Source: an uncultured Gammaproteobacteria bacterium (lineage in GTDB: Bacteria > Patescibacteriota > Microgenomatia > Daviesbacterales > UBA10151). From it: 64,000 nucleotides of DNA. Both the position numbers and the translations under genes were made by a program. The first letter of the stretch is position 1. Every line of letters starts with the position of its first letter. Positions 19,150 through 28,148 of the stretch are shown in pieces. Location: NCBI GenBank assembly GCA_964625535.1, contig CAZVEX010000004.1, positions 38,166 to 102,165 on the forward strand, in the 5' to 3' direction. Under the pieces are notes generated by a model. It did not search any database. It worked only from the letters and a program-made list of their open reading frames with translations, and had not been told where the DNA came from.

Positions 19150-20409
19150 ATGCCTCATATGCGGTTTTTACTGGCAATTCTGGTCGGTAAAATTATTGCT
19201 CGCTTGACCAGATTTTTCCATATCGGCGGCGGTTCGGCCGCTCCCGGTTTATTCGCTCTGCGAATTTATCCTGGGCTTGTCGAAGAGTTATCTAAAAAGA
19301 TTCCCAAAAATATAGTTGTCACCGGCACCAACGGCAAAACGACCACTGCCAGAATGTTAACCCATTTGGTTACCGGAGCCGGCCTAAAAGTAACGAGAAA
19401 CCATACCGGATCTAATCTGGAGCGAGGGATTGCATCTACCTTAATTAATTATTCGCGCGATACTGATCTTGGAATATGGGAGCTGGATGAAGCGGCTTTT
19501 AATACAGTAACTCCTAAAATAAAACCAGATGTAATTGTTTTTCTGAATGTTTTTAGAGATCAACTGGACAGGTATGGGGAGATAAATACGGTGGTTAAAA
19601 ACTGGTGTCAAACGTTAAAAAGCTTGCCCAAAAAAACAATTGTTTTAGTAAACGGCGACGATGCCAATACTTTAAAGCTTAAATCCTGTTTTAAGGACAA
19701 AGTGGAAACTTTTGGGGTGGAAAATTATAAAATTTCCGGGGAAAGCGTGGAACATAAAACTAAAAACTTAAAACTAAATTTTGAAGCTAAAAATATAAAA
19801 CTAAATGGGCTTGAAGGATCAAGCTTTAAATTATTCGTAAATCATAAATCATTAATCATAAATCTTCCTTTACCGGGTATTTATCATATTTATAATGCGC
19901 TAGCAGCTATTGCTTGTGCTTATCATATGCAACTGCCGATACACCGATACATTGAAACATTAAAGCACTTCCAACCTGCTTTTGGCAGAGTAGAAAAACT
20001 ACCCTTTGGTTATATTTTTTTGATTAAAAATCCTGCCGGAGCTACCCAGGTTTTTGAAACCATATCACCTATTATTAAATCCAATGACAGATTGCTTTTG
20101 GCTTTAAATGACAATATAGCCGATGGCACTGATGTATCATGGATCTGGGACGCTGAATTTGAGCATCTACCAAAAACTCATACTTATGTTTCCGGAAAAA
20201 GAGCCTATGATTTGGCAGTCAGGCTTAAATATGCAGGTTTTGATCCCAAACATATTATGGTTGAGCCAAACCTAAAAAAGGCTCTGAAACAGGCCAGGAA
20301 GGCTCTAAAAGGCTCCCTTTTCATCTTGCCTACCTATACAGCCATGCTTGAATTACAAAAGATTTTAGCTAAACAGGGTTTGAAAAAACACTACTGGGAA
20401 AATATATGA
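19150..20409 (+). CDS. murT: MurT ligase (lipid II isoglutaminyl synthase subunit)
   Basis: TGTNGKTTT, GSNL, RDQLDRYGE, FGR, KNP, DGTDVSWIWD, PTYTAM. Confidence 0.93.
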   Translation: MPHMRFLLAILVGKIIARLTRFFHIGGGSAAPGLFALRIYPGLVEELSKKIPKNIVVTGTNGKTTTARMLTHLVTGAGLKVTRNHTGSNLERGIASTLINYSRDTDLGIWELDEAAFNTVTPKIKPDVIVFLNVFRDQLDRYGEINTVVKNWCQTLKSLPKKTIVLVNGDDANTLKLKSCFKDKVETFGVENYKISGESVEHKTKNLKLNFEAKNIKLNGLEGSSFKLFVNHKSLIINLPLPGIYHIYNALAAIACAYHMQLPIHRYIETLKHFQPAFGRVEKLPFGYIFLIKNPAGATQVFETISPIIKSNDRLLLALNDNIADGTDVSWIWDAEFEHLPKTHTYVSGKRAYDLAVRLKYAGFDPKHIMVEPNLKKALKQARKALKGSLFILPTYTAMLELQKILAKQGLKKHYWENI

Positions 20410-21104
20410 AATTAGTTATTGGTTATTTGTATCCGGATTTAATGAATATTTATGGGGATACCGGCAATATAATTGCCCTGCAAAAAAGAGCCCAGTGGAG
20501 AGGAATTGAAGTGCAAGTTAAAAACATTTCCATTGGGGATAAATTAAAAAAAGGGGAGTGTGATATTTTCTTTTTTGGAGGAGGGCAAGACCAACAACAG
20601 GAATTAGTAGCTAAGGATTTAATTAAAAAGGCTCATATCCTCAAACAAGAAATTGAGCGGGGAGTACCACTATTGGCCATTTGTGGAGGCTATCAACTTT
20701 TGGGGGATTTTTACAAACCACATAAAGGTCCAAGACTTCCCGGCATAGGACTATTCCCGGCCTATACTGTGGCCAGCTATGATCGGATGATAGGGAATAT
20801 TGTTATTGATTCTCAATTTGGCAAACTAGTAGGATTTGAAAACCATTCAGGAAAAACATATCTAAAACCGGGCAACCAACCCTTAGGGCAAGTTATCAAG
20901 GGTTTTGGCAATAACGGCGAGGACAAAACCGAGGGTTGTGTTTATAAAAACGCCATTGGCTGTTACATGCACGGCTCGTTACTTCCCAAAAATCCCCATT
21001 TGGCTGACTGGTTGCTGGAAAAAGCCCTAAAAATTAAACTTGAACCCCTGGATGATTCTTTGGAACTTCAGGCCCACCAAGCAGTTATAAAAAAATTCTG
21101 TTAA
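20406..21104 (+). CDS. gatD: GatD/CobQ-like glutamine amidotransferase
   Basis: LYPDLMNIYGDTGN, ICGGYQ, GFENHSG, YMHGSLLPKNP; coupled to murT. Confidence 0.93.
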   Translation: MKLVIGYLYPDLMNIYGDTGNIIALQKRAQWRGIEVQVKNISIGDKLKKGECDIFFFGGGQDQQQELVAKDLIKKAHILKQEIERGVPLLAICGGYQLLGDFYKPHKGPRLPGIGLFPAYTVASYDRMIGNIVIDSQFGKLVGFENHSGKTYLKPGNQPLGQVIKGFGNNGEDKTEGCVYKNAIGCYMHGSLLPKNPHLADWLLEKALKIKLEPLDDSLELQAHQAVIKKFC

Positions 21105-21115
21105 AATATTCACGA

Positions 21116-21198
21116 GCCGGAGTGATGGAATGGTAGACATGCAGCGTTTAGGGCGCTGTGGGAGCAATCCCGTGGAGGTTCAAATCCTCTCTCCGGCA
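21116..21198 (+). tRNA. tRNA-Leu(TAG)
   Basis: Anticodon loop TTTAGGG; long variable arm. Confidence 0.95.
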
Positions 21199-21255
21199 CA
21201 ATATCTTGTATCTCATTTGACAACCGGCCATAAAGTAGTAAAATAACGACTCAAT

Positions 21256-21516
21256 ATGGCAAATCAAGCTTTTACAATACGAACAGCAAGAGAGGCTGGC
21301 GGAGCTTCTATAGGTACACCCCCAGAGACAGGTACAGCAAATTCAATACCTTTCACGGTTGAAGGAGCAGCTACCTTCCCTAACCCTATGCCACCTGCAA
21401 CTGATGATCCTTTACTTGGGCCGCCCAGAGCAGTAATACAAAATGAAGCGGCGCGAACACCTTTAACGAGTATACAACGATTAGCCTCTGAAGCAATAGG
21501 TGAAGTGAAACCCTGA
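21256..21516 (+). CDS. Hypothetical Pro/Ala-rich protein
   Basis: ORF with its own TTGACA..TAAAAT promoter. Confidence 0.5.
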   Translation: MANQAFTIRTAREAGGASIGTPPETGTANSIPFTVEGAATFPNPMPPATDDPLLGPPRAVIQNEAARTPLTSIQRLASEAIGEVKP

Positions 21517-21549
21517 AAAAATAACTAAAATAGTGTAAAATATACTTCT

Positions 21550-22170
21550 ATGAATGTTTTTGGCAGCACAAAAAGCAAAAGTATTAATTCCAGGAATATT
21601 TTAGGAGGAATCCCGGGTCTTTTTGATGAGGCAGATTTTGAAAAAGAAACTTCAGCACTTTCAACTACTATAGTTCAAGGTGCCGGTGGAATTTTTGAGG
21701 CAATTGTCAATTTAGGCCAGGATATATCGGGAGTTGAACCCAATAAAGAACCAAATGGGACAGAAAAATTTCCCTCAAAAGGCTCAATTGAATTTAATTC
21801 AAAACAGGCAGAAGCAAACAGAAAGAAAGCTTTTTATCAGGCTTTAAAAGATGATCAGGAGAGAGCTCAAAGGGCAAAGGATAAATTATTGTTTGAAGAA
21901 GAGATAAATGATATTGCCATCAATTTACCAACAGAGCAAAAAAATAGATTACTACACTATCAAGCCAATTATAGAGACATGAGCATCTATCAGCGGGCCG
22001 AACTCCGGAAAAAACTGATTGAGGAACAAAAAAAGGCAGACAAACAGCAAAAAGAAGCTTCTATCCCCAGTCCGACCAAACAACCCACTGCTATGCAAGG
22101 CGCTTTTGAAGGCAGAAGCGGAACCCAGGGTGGCGGCACAGCCAATATTTCTTTTCAAGCTGTAGGGTAA
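21550..22170 (+). CDS. Hypothetical coiled-coil protein
   Basis: 206-aa ORF with a charged helical C-terminal half. Confidence 0.65.
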   Translation: MNVFGSTKSKSINSRNILGGIPGLFDEADFEKETSALSTTIVQGAGGIFEAIVNLGQDISGVEPNKEPNGTEKFPSKGSIEFNSKQAEANRKKAFYQALKDDQERAQRAKDKLLFEEEINDIAINLPTEQKNRLLHYQANYRDMSIYQRAELRKKLIEEQKKADKQQKEASIPSPTKQPTAMQGAFEGRSGTQGGGTANISFQAVG

Positions 22171-22179
22171 ATTTTGGTG

Positions 22180-22252
22180 TGGGCGGTACAGGACTCGAAC
22201 CTGTGACCTCATTCACGTCAAGAACGCGCTCTACCAACTGAGCTAACCGCCC
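22180..22252 (-). tRNA. tRNA-Val(GAC)
   Basis: Cloverleaf; anticodon loop TTGACGT. Confidence 0.95.
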
Positions 22253-22310
22253 AAACTCAAGAATTTTATCACCTCTTTACATTACACTCAACCCAGCATA
22301 TCATGTAGGC

Positions 22311-23696
22311 ATGGATAAAAATCTGAAAGATCATAAACAATTAGGACAGGAACTTGAGTTGTTTTTTACAAATGATATTGCTCCAGGCGCGCCTTTTTGG
22401 CTTCCAAAAGGAATGGTTATTTTTGAGCAACTGGAAAAATATATCCGTGGGCTGACTGAAAAGGCGGGGTATTTAGAAACATCTACTCCGATCATGGTCA
22501 AATCCCAAATTTTCAAACAATCTGGCCATTGGGAAAAATTTGGAGAACACAATATGTATAATCTTTCGCTGTGGGAAGATGAAGAACTACAGGTAATAAA
22601 TGAACAATTACAATCAAAGAGTGGTGATATCGAGAAAAAGTTAGATGAAGCTAGACAGAAAAATATTCATCCACCCACTATAACCTATGAATTAACAATC
22701 AATGACTGCAAATATCCATTCACTTTTATTAAAAACAAGGAAGGATTTACTTTTCATCTTCCAGTAAATTACTCTCTAAAACCGATGAATTGTCCGGAAT
22801 CCACGATAATTTATAGATTTAGACCTCGAAGTTACAGAGAATTGCCACTTCGCCTTTCAGAAATTGGAAGGTTACACAGGAGAGAAAAAGCAGGAGAAGT
22901 AAATGGATTGCTGCGAGTTAGACAACTGACCATGGATGATGCGCATATTTATGCAACAGAGGATCAAATTTTTGATGAGGTATCAAACATTTTGGATATG
23001 ATGATTGCCTTTTACAAAAGTTTAGGTTTTGAATATGAGTTTAGATTAGCAACCAGGCCAGAAATTAGGGCTGGGAGTGATAAAAATTGGGATAAAGCAG
23101 AAAAAGATTTGGAAGAAGTTCTAAAGAAAAAAGGGATTAAAGCAGGAGATAAAAAAGGTAATGGAGCTTTTTATGGCCCTAAAATTGATGTATACATCAA
23201 GGACGCGCAAGAGAGGGAGTGGCAGTTAGCAACAGTCCAGCTAGATTTTCATCAACCAGAGGCATTTAAGCTAGAATATACAGATGAAAAAGGTAACAAA
23301 CAACAACCTATCATGATCCACAGAGCCATTTTTGGTTCTTTTGAAAGATTTATCGCTATTTTGACGGAACATTTTCAAGGATCTTTTCCTGTTTGGCTTT
23401 CGCCGGTGCAGGTAATTATTATTCCCATCAGCGAGAAGCATAATAAATATGCACAAAATGTACTCGAACAACTAAATAGCTCAAATGTCAGAGTAGAGAT
23501 TGACGAGCGGTCCGAAACGATGCAAGCTAAAATCAGAGATGGGCAGATGCAAAAAGTGCCTTACATGCTAATTGTGGGAGATAGGGAGGAAAAAGAAAAC
23601 AAAGTGGCTCTGCGAACAAGGGAAGGCGTGGACATAGGAGCTATAAATATGTTAGAATTTTTAAAGATTATGAGGGAGGCAGGCCCAACTGGCTAA
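22311..23696 (+). CDS. thrS: Threonyl-tRNA synthetase lacking the N-terminal TGS/editing domains, with an insertion of about 60 aa
   Basis: DHKQLG, SGHW, LKPMNCP, GLLRVR, GAFYGPKID, MIHRAIFGSFERF. Confidence 0.97.
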   Translation: MDKNLKDHKQLGQELELFFTNDIAPGAPFWLPKGMVIFEQLEKYIRGLTEKAGYLETSTPIMVKSQIFKQSGHWEKFGEHNMYNLSLWEDEELQVINEQLQSKSGDIEKKLDEARQKNIHPPTITYELTINDCKYPFTFIKNKEGFTFHLPVNYSLKPMNCPESTIIYRFRPRSYRELPLRLSEIGRLHRREKAGEVNGLLRVRQLTMDDAHIYATEDQIFDEVSNILDMMIAFYKSLGFEYEFRLATRPEIRAGSDKNWDKAEKDLEEVLKKKGIKAGDKKGNGAFYGPKIDVYIKDAQEREWQLATVQLDFHQPEAFKLEYTDEKGNKQQPIMIHRAIFGSFERFIAILTEHFQGSFPVWLSPVQVIIIPISEKHNKYAQNVLEQLNSSNVRVEIDERSETMQAKIRDGQMQKVPYMLIVGDREEKENKVALRTREGVDIGAINMLEFLKIMREAGPTG

Positions 23697-24267
23697 GTTC
23701 TACCGTCTCAACGAGCATATCCAAGCGCCAAGCTTGAGGGTGATTGATCCCGAAGGCAAGCAGTTGGGTGTCATAACCCGCGCGGAAGCCCTGGAAAAAG
23801 CTAAGGCGTTAGAGTTGGATCTGATAGAAATAGCTGCACAGGCAGATCCTCCGGTGGCTAGAATTTTTGATTTTCAAAAATTCAGATACGAGGAAAGCAA
23901 AAAAGAAAGAGGCTCAAAAAAGGCCGGAGAAGGAGGATTAAAAGAGTTGTGGCTATCCCCACGGATAGCCGAGCATGACTTAAATGTCAGACTAGACAGG
24001 ACCAGAGAATTTTTAAATGAGGGCCATAAGGTTAAGTTAACTGTCAAGTTTAAAGGCAGGGAAATGGCTCATCAGGAGCTTGGACATAAAGTTTTACAGG
24101 AAGCGTTTGAGCTTCTCGGCGATAAAGCCGCCATTGAAAGAGAACCGAAATTTGAAGGAAGAAGGCTATCTATGATAGTAACAAAAATCAAAGGAGGCAA
24201 AAAAGATGAGCAAAATGAAAACCAGGAAATCAGTGCTGAAGAGAATAAAAGTGACGTCAAAGGGTAA
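23689..24267 (+). CDS. infC: Translation initiation factor IF-3, probable non-canonical CTG start at 23689
   Basis: RLNEHI lies in frame upstream of the track start; DPPVARI, FKGRE; GGAGG 9 nt before the CTG. Confidence 0.93.
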   Translation: MAKFYRLNEHIQAPSLRVIDPEGKQLGVITRAEALEKAKALELDLIEIAAQADPPVARIFDFQKFRYEESKKERGSKKAGEGGLKELWLSPRIAEHDLNVRLDRTREFLNEGHKVKLTVKFKGREMAHQELGHKVLQEAFELLGDKAAIEREPKFEGRRLSMIVTKIKGGKKDEQNENQEISAEENKSDVKG

Positions 24268-24403
24268 GCTGCTTCGCAGACACCAGCTGGGAGTCGGTCA
24301 TCTAAAAAGGAAAAAAAGCAAGGGAGCATTAAACAGACAAAAGAAAACCAGCGAATTTTTCAAAGGCGAGGCCAAGAGACTGCGAAAGGTAGTGGGGTTT
24401 TAG
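24206..24403 (+). CDS. rpmI: 50S ribosomal protein L35
   Basis: MSKMKTRKSVLKRIKVT..GK; position in the operon. Confidence 0.95.
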   Translation: MSKMKTRKSVLKRIKVTSKGKLLRRHQLGVGHLKRKKSKGALNRQKKTSEFFKGEAKRLRKVVGF

Positions 24404-24404
24404 T

Positions 24405-24542
24405 ATGGGCAGAGAAACCAAAACATTTAGACAAACAAAAAGATCAGGCTCGGCAGATTATGCCAACAAAAGCTATGCCCGTTTTAACAGGATGGGAAAC
24501 TGGAAATTATTTAATTTCTTTAAAAAAGGAGAGAAGGTTTAA
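24405..24542 (+). CDS. Unannotated 45-aa basic protein (MGRETKTFRQTKRSGSADYANKSYARFNRMGNWKLFNFFKKGEKV)
   Basis: ATG 1 nt after the rpmI stop; its TAA overlaps the rplT ATG (TAATG). Confidence 0.65.
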   Translation: MGRETKTFRQTKRSGSADYANKSYARFNRMGNWKLFNFFKKGEKV

Positions 24543-24883
24543 TGGCACGGATCAAGCGCGGTGTTACATCTCACAAAAGACATAAGAAGATTCTAAAACT
24601 GACCAAAGGTCAGAGGGGGGGCAGAAGTAAGCTGATCAGAGAAGCAAAGTCTTCTTTGTTGCATGCCGGAGAGTACGCTTTTGCCGGCAGGAAACGCAGA
24701 AAAAGAGACATGAGAAGGCTTTGGATTACCCAGCTGAATGCGGCAGTCAAAACAGAAGGTTTAAGCTATTCCAAATTCATCAACAAACTTAAAACTAAAG
24801 ACATAAAACTTGATAGAAAAATCCTGGCTGATTTAGCAGTTAATCATCCGGAGCATTTTAAAAAAATAGTTGCAGAACTGTGA
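24542..24883 (+). CDS. rplT: 50S ribosomal protein L20
   Basis: MARIKRG, RKRRKRDMRRLWITQLNAA, LDRKILADLA. Confidence 0.97.
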   Translation: MARIKRGVTSHKRHKKILKLTKGQRGGRSKLIREAKSSLLHAGEYAFAGRKRRKRDMRRLWITQLNAAVKTEGLSYSKFINKLKTKDIKLDRKILADLAVNHPEHFKKIVAEL

Positions 24884-25920
24884 AACAAAAAATTTCCCGA
24901 ATTCAAAATAAGTATTTAGAAAAAATCCAAAGGGCTACCAGCTTAAAGGAACTGGATGAGATTTTTTTGGCTCTTTTTGGAAAAAAAGGGGAGGTTGACA
25001 AACTCTCAAAACAATTTAGCCAAATTTCCAAAGATGAGCTAAAAACATTAGGACCAATATTTAATAAAATCAAGCTGGAACTGGAAAGGAAGATAAGAGA
25101 TAGGCGATCTGAAATAAGAGAAGAGGGCTACAGAAAATTAGATCGGGAAAAATTGGATTTGACCGCTGTCAAGATAAAAACCCGGCAGGGACATCTTCAT
25201 CCTCTTACCCAAATTGAACAGCAAACAGCAGAGATTTTCCAAAAAATCGGTTTTGCCCAGTTTGATGCACCTCATATTGACACTGACTTTAATAACTTTG
25301 AAGTATTAAATATTCCCCAAAATCATCCGGCCCGCGACCTGTGGGATACTTTATATATAATACCGGGTAAGCTTCTCCTTCGAACTCACACCTCCAACTC
25401 CCAAATCAGAATACTAAAACAGAATAAACCTCCAATTAGACTGATGAATATCGGCCGCTGTTTCAGGTATGAAGCTGTTGATGCCAGACACGAGCATACT
25501 TTTGAACAGTTTGAATTGGTTTATGTAGACAAAAATGTCAGTATGGCTAATCTGCAATATTTATCGGAATATTTTTTGAAAGCTATTTTCGGCCCAGAGA
25601 TTAAAGTTAGACTTAAACCAAAATATTATCCCTTTGTGGAACCGGGGGTAGGGGTGGATGGATTGTGTATTTTCTGCAAAGGGAAAGCCCGCCTGCCGGA
25701 CGGGCAGGGCTGTAAAGTTTGCGGAGGCGTTGGCTGGTTAGAACTGGCCGGAGCCGGAATGATCCATCCCAAAGTACTGAAAGCCGGCGGGATAGACCCT
25801 AACGTATACTCGGGAATAGCTTGGGGCTTTGGACCGCCCAGAATGGCTATGCTTAAATTTGGCATTGAGGACATCAGATTATTTAACAGCGGGGATCTGA
25901 AATTTTTGGAGAAATTTTAA
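24880..25920 (+). CDS. pheS: Phenylalanyl-tRNA synthetase alpha subunit
   Basis: HPARD, LLRTHTS, YPFVEP, ELAGAGMIHP. Confidence 0.97.
   Translation: MKQKISRIQNKYLEKIQRATSLKELDEIFLALFGKKGEVDKLSKQFSQISKDELKTLGPIFNKIKLELERKIRDRRSEIREEGYRKLDREKLDLTAVKIKTRQGHLHPLTQIEQQTAEIFQKIGFAQFDAPHIDTDFNNFEVLNIPQNHPARDLWDTLYIIPGKLLLRTHTSNSQIRILKQNKPPIRLMNIGRCFRYEAVDARHEHTFEQFELVYVDKNVSMANLQYLSEYFLKAIFGPEIKVRLKPKYYPFVEPGVGVDGLCIFCKGKARLPDGQGCKVCGGVGWLELAGAGMIHPKVLKAGGIDPNVYSGIAWGFGPPRMAMLKFGIEDIRLFNSGDLKFLEKF
25687..25707. repeat. In-frame 21-bp palindromic insertion in pheS (ARLPDGQ)
   Basis: CCTGCC-GGACG-GGCAGG hairpin splitting the CxxCxGxGCxxC zinc knuckle. Confidence 0.75.
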
Positions 25921-27518
25921 TGAAAGTATCAATTTCCTGGTTAAAAGAGCTGGTTAATTTAAAGGTTTCACTGGATGAGTTAATCCATCTTTTACCTCTA
26001 AGATCCGTCAGTATAAAAGATCTAAACTCCGACTCAATCGAGCTGGATATGAAAGGCTACAATCGGGCAGATTTACTTTCCATGAGGGGAGTGGCAAGGG
26101 AAGTTGCCGCTATAACAGATTCAAAATTAAATTTTTCTGATGAGAAAACGAAATTTGCCAATCTATCAAATGTAGAGGTTGATGTACAAAATAAAAGCCG
26201 GTGTCCTGTTTACGCAATAGCAGCAATAGAAAACCTAAAAGTTGAACACTCAAATGAAATATGGGTAAAAAAATTATCCGATTGCGGAATACGCTCAATA
26301 AATAATGTGGCAGATGTAACCAATTTAGTGATGGTGGAATTCGGCCAGCCCATGCATGCTTTTGATGCAAATAAGGTAAGTGGTAGCATCAGAGTAAGAG
26401 TTGCCAAAAAAGGAGAAAAAATTATTACTTTAGACGAGAAAGAGAGAAATTTAAGTGAGGAGGATTTATTAATTGCAGATAAAAAAGGTCCAATTGGCAT
26501 TGCCGGAGTAATGGGAGGAAAAGATAGTGAGGTCTCCAATTCAACAACCTCAATTTTGCTGGAAGCAGCTATTTTTGATCCTGTATCCATTAGAAAAACA
26601 GCCCAAAGACATGGGCTTCCTTCAGAAGCTGCTAAAAGATTCCAGCATGGGTTAACCAAAACTAATCTTTTGCAAGCTCTATCAGCTGCCATTAAAATGT
26701 ATGAAGATTTGGGAGGCAAGTTAACAGCTATTACACTCACCGGTAATTTAGAAGATGAAACTAAAACTATTACCTTAACTCAAGAAAAAATTAATTCTTT
26801 AATTGGAGTTGATATTCCACCAAGGCAAGTCAAAGATTCTCTTCAAAAACTTGGCTTCATTTTGCAAGGAGGTGAAGTAATTACACCTTACTGGAGACTT
26901 GATATAGATAATGAGGAAGATTTAATTGAGGAAGTGGCCAGGATGTATGGATATGAGAACATTCCCCCTCAAGAACTTCGGGGTGAACGGCCAAAGCAAA
27001 TTGACCAGAGTTTACCTGATTTTATCTACAACCTCAAAAAAACCTTGGCTAACCTGAGTTTAACAGAAGTCCAAACTTATTCTTTTTATTCAACACAAGT
27101 CATCGAAAACTTGAAACTTGAAACTAAAAACCTAATAAAAATTTCCAACCCAATCTCATCGGAAACAGAATTTATGAGAGATAATCTCTGGCCTAATCTT
27201 TTGGAAATTACTGCCAAAAATATCAAAAACGGTTTTAAAGATATAGCTATTTTTGAGATAGGAAAAGCATACCAACCTCCCCAAAAAGAAACTTATCATC
27301 TGGCCATAGCGCTGGTTAATGGCACAGATAATCCTATCCAGGAACTCAATCAAATCTTCCAACACCTCGGAGGTGTCAGGTTCGAAAATGTACTGCAAAA
27401 CAGAGAACATTTTCACCCGACGAGATATGTTGATGTTATGGCCGAAGTTCACCCACGGATAGTTAATAAGTTTGGGATTGACAATAGGGTAGCTGTTTTG
27501 GAAATAGAATTAGTTTAA
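25920..27518 (+). CDS. pheT: Phenylalanyl-tRNA synthetase beta subunit, shortened (no B2 OB-fold, no C-terminal anticodon-binding domain)
   Basis: NRADLLSMRGVAREVAA, GQPMHAFD, IAGVMGG, WRLDI...DLIEEVARMYGY. Confidence 0.95.
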   Translation: MKVSISWLKELVNLKVSLDELIHLLPLRSVSIKDLNSDSIELDMKGYNRADLLSMRGVAREVAAITDSKLNFSDEKTKFANLSNVEVDVQNKSRCPVYAIAAIENLKVEHSNEIWVKKLSDCGIRSINNVADVTNLVMVEFGQPMHAFDANKVSGSIRVRVAKKGEKIITLDEKERNLSEEDLLIADKKGPIGIAGVMGGKDSEVSNSTTSILLEAAIFDPVSIRKTAQRHGLPSEAAKRFQHGLTKTNLLQALSAAIKMYEDLGGKLTAITLTGNLEDETKTITLTQEKINSLIGVDIPPRQVKDSLQKLGFILQGGEVITPYWRLDIDNEEDLIEEVARMYGYENIPPQELRGERPKQIDQSLPDFIYNLKKTLANLSLTEVQTYSFYSTQVIENLKLETKNLIKISNPISSETEFMRDNLWPNLLEITAKNIKNGFKDIAIFEIGKAYQPPQKETYHLAIALVNGTDNPIQELNQIFQHLGGVRFENVLQNREHFHPTRYVDVMAEVHPRIVNKFGIDNRVAVLEIELV

Positions 27519-28112
27519 TTCTGTAATTTCTAACTTTAATTTATCATCTTTATATTCAAATTTAAAAGTCACGGCTTTCTCTTTATTATTAGTAATATAC
27601 AAATTCTGCTTGGAGTTTGCGCCTTTGGAATAAGGATTTGAATAAATTGAAACCCCATACTCCCGGGCAATTTCCGGAATGGGCATAAAATCATGGTTCA
27701 CCGGAGCATATGAGTCCAGTCCTGCATCTTTGGCTACCCAATAAATTAAAGAGGCCAGATGGCATACTCCGTCCCCAAATAAATAGCCGTCTGTCTTAAA
27801 ACCCTCCTGCCCGTTAAAATGGGCATTGGTAGTTTTGACTACTTTATCTTTATATTTAGGCAATACATCATCATGAAAGGCAAAAGTTTCATCCGGCTTC
27901 AATATAAATCCTGATTCACCCATCAGATCCAAAGTATGTAAAATATTGTATTTAAATACCTCATTAACTGATTTGACCGGATATCTGTTTTCCAGGGAAA
28001 TCTCATGGGATGAAAGCATCACTACCTGGGCCCTGGGTACAAAGGATTGGCTGGTTAAAGAAATGATTAAAGCTGTAGAAATTTTAACTGCAATGTCAGG
28101 CATCATAAGCAA
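27510..28112 (-). CDS. VanW-like protein
   Basis: FAFHD...GDGVCHLASLIY..A...H resembles the VanW GGGxCQxSxTLY motif; next to a PBP gene. Confidence 0.7.
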   Translation of the reverse strand: MLMMPDIAVKISTALIISLTSQSFVPRAQVVMLSSHEISLENRYPVKSVNEVFKYNILHTLDLMGESGFILKPDETFAFHDDVLPKYKDKVVKTTNAHFNGQEGFKTDGYLFGDGVCHLASLIYWVAKDAGLDSYAPVNHDFMPIPEIAREYGVSIYSNPYSKGANSKQNLYITNNKEKAVTFKFEYKDDKLKLEITELN

Positions 28113-28148
28113 AAATTATAACATACTATGAGATATTTTGCAAGTGGT

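Noticed and set aside
21952-22212. 86-aa minus-strand ORF
   Set aside because: It overlaps tRNA-Val(GAC) and is antisense to 21550..22170.
22560-22769. Intein or intron in thrS
   Set aside because: No intein terminal residues or splicing motifs; the frame is open and the insert is too short.
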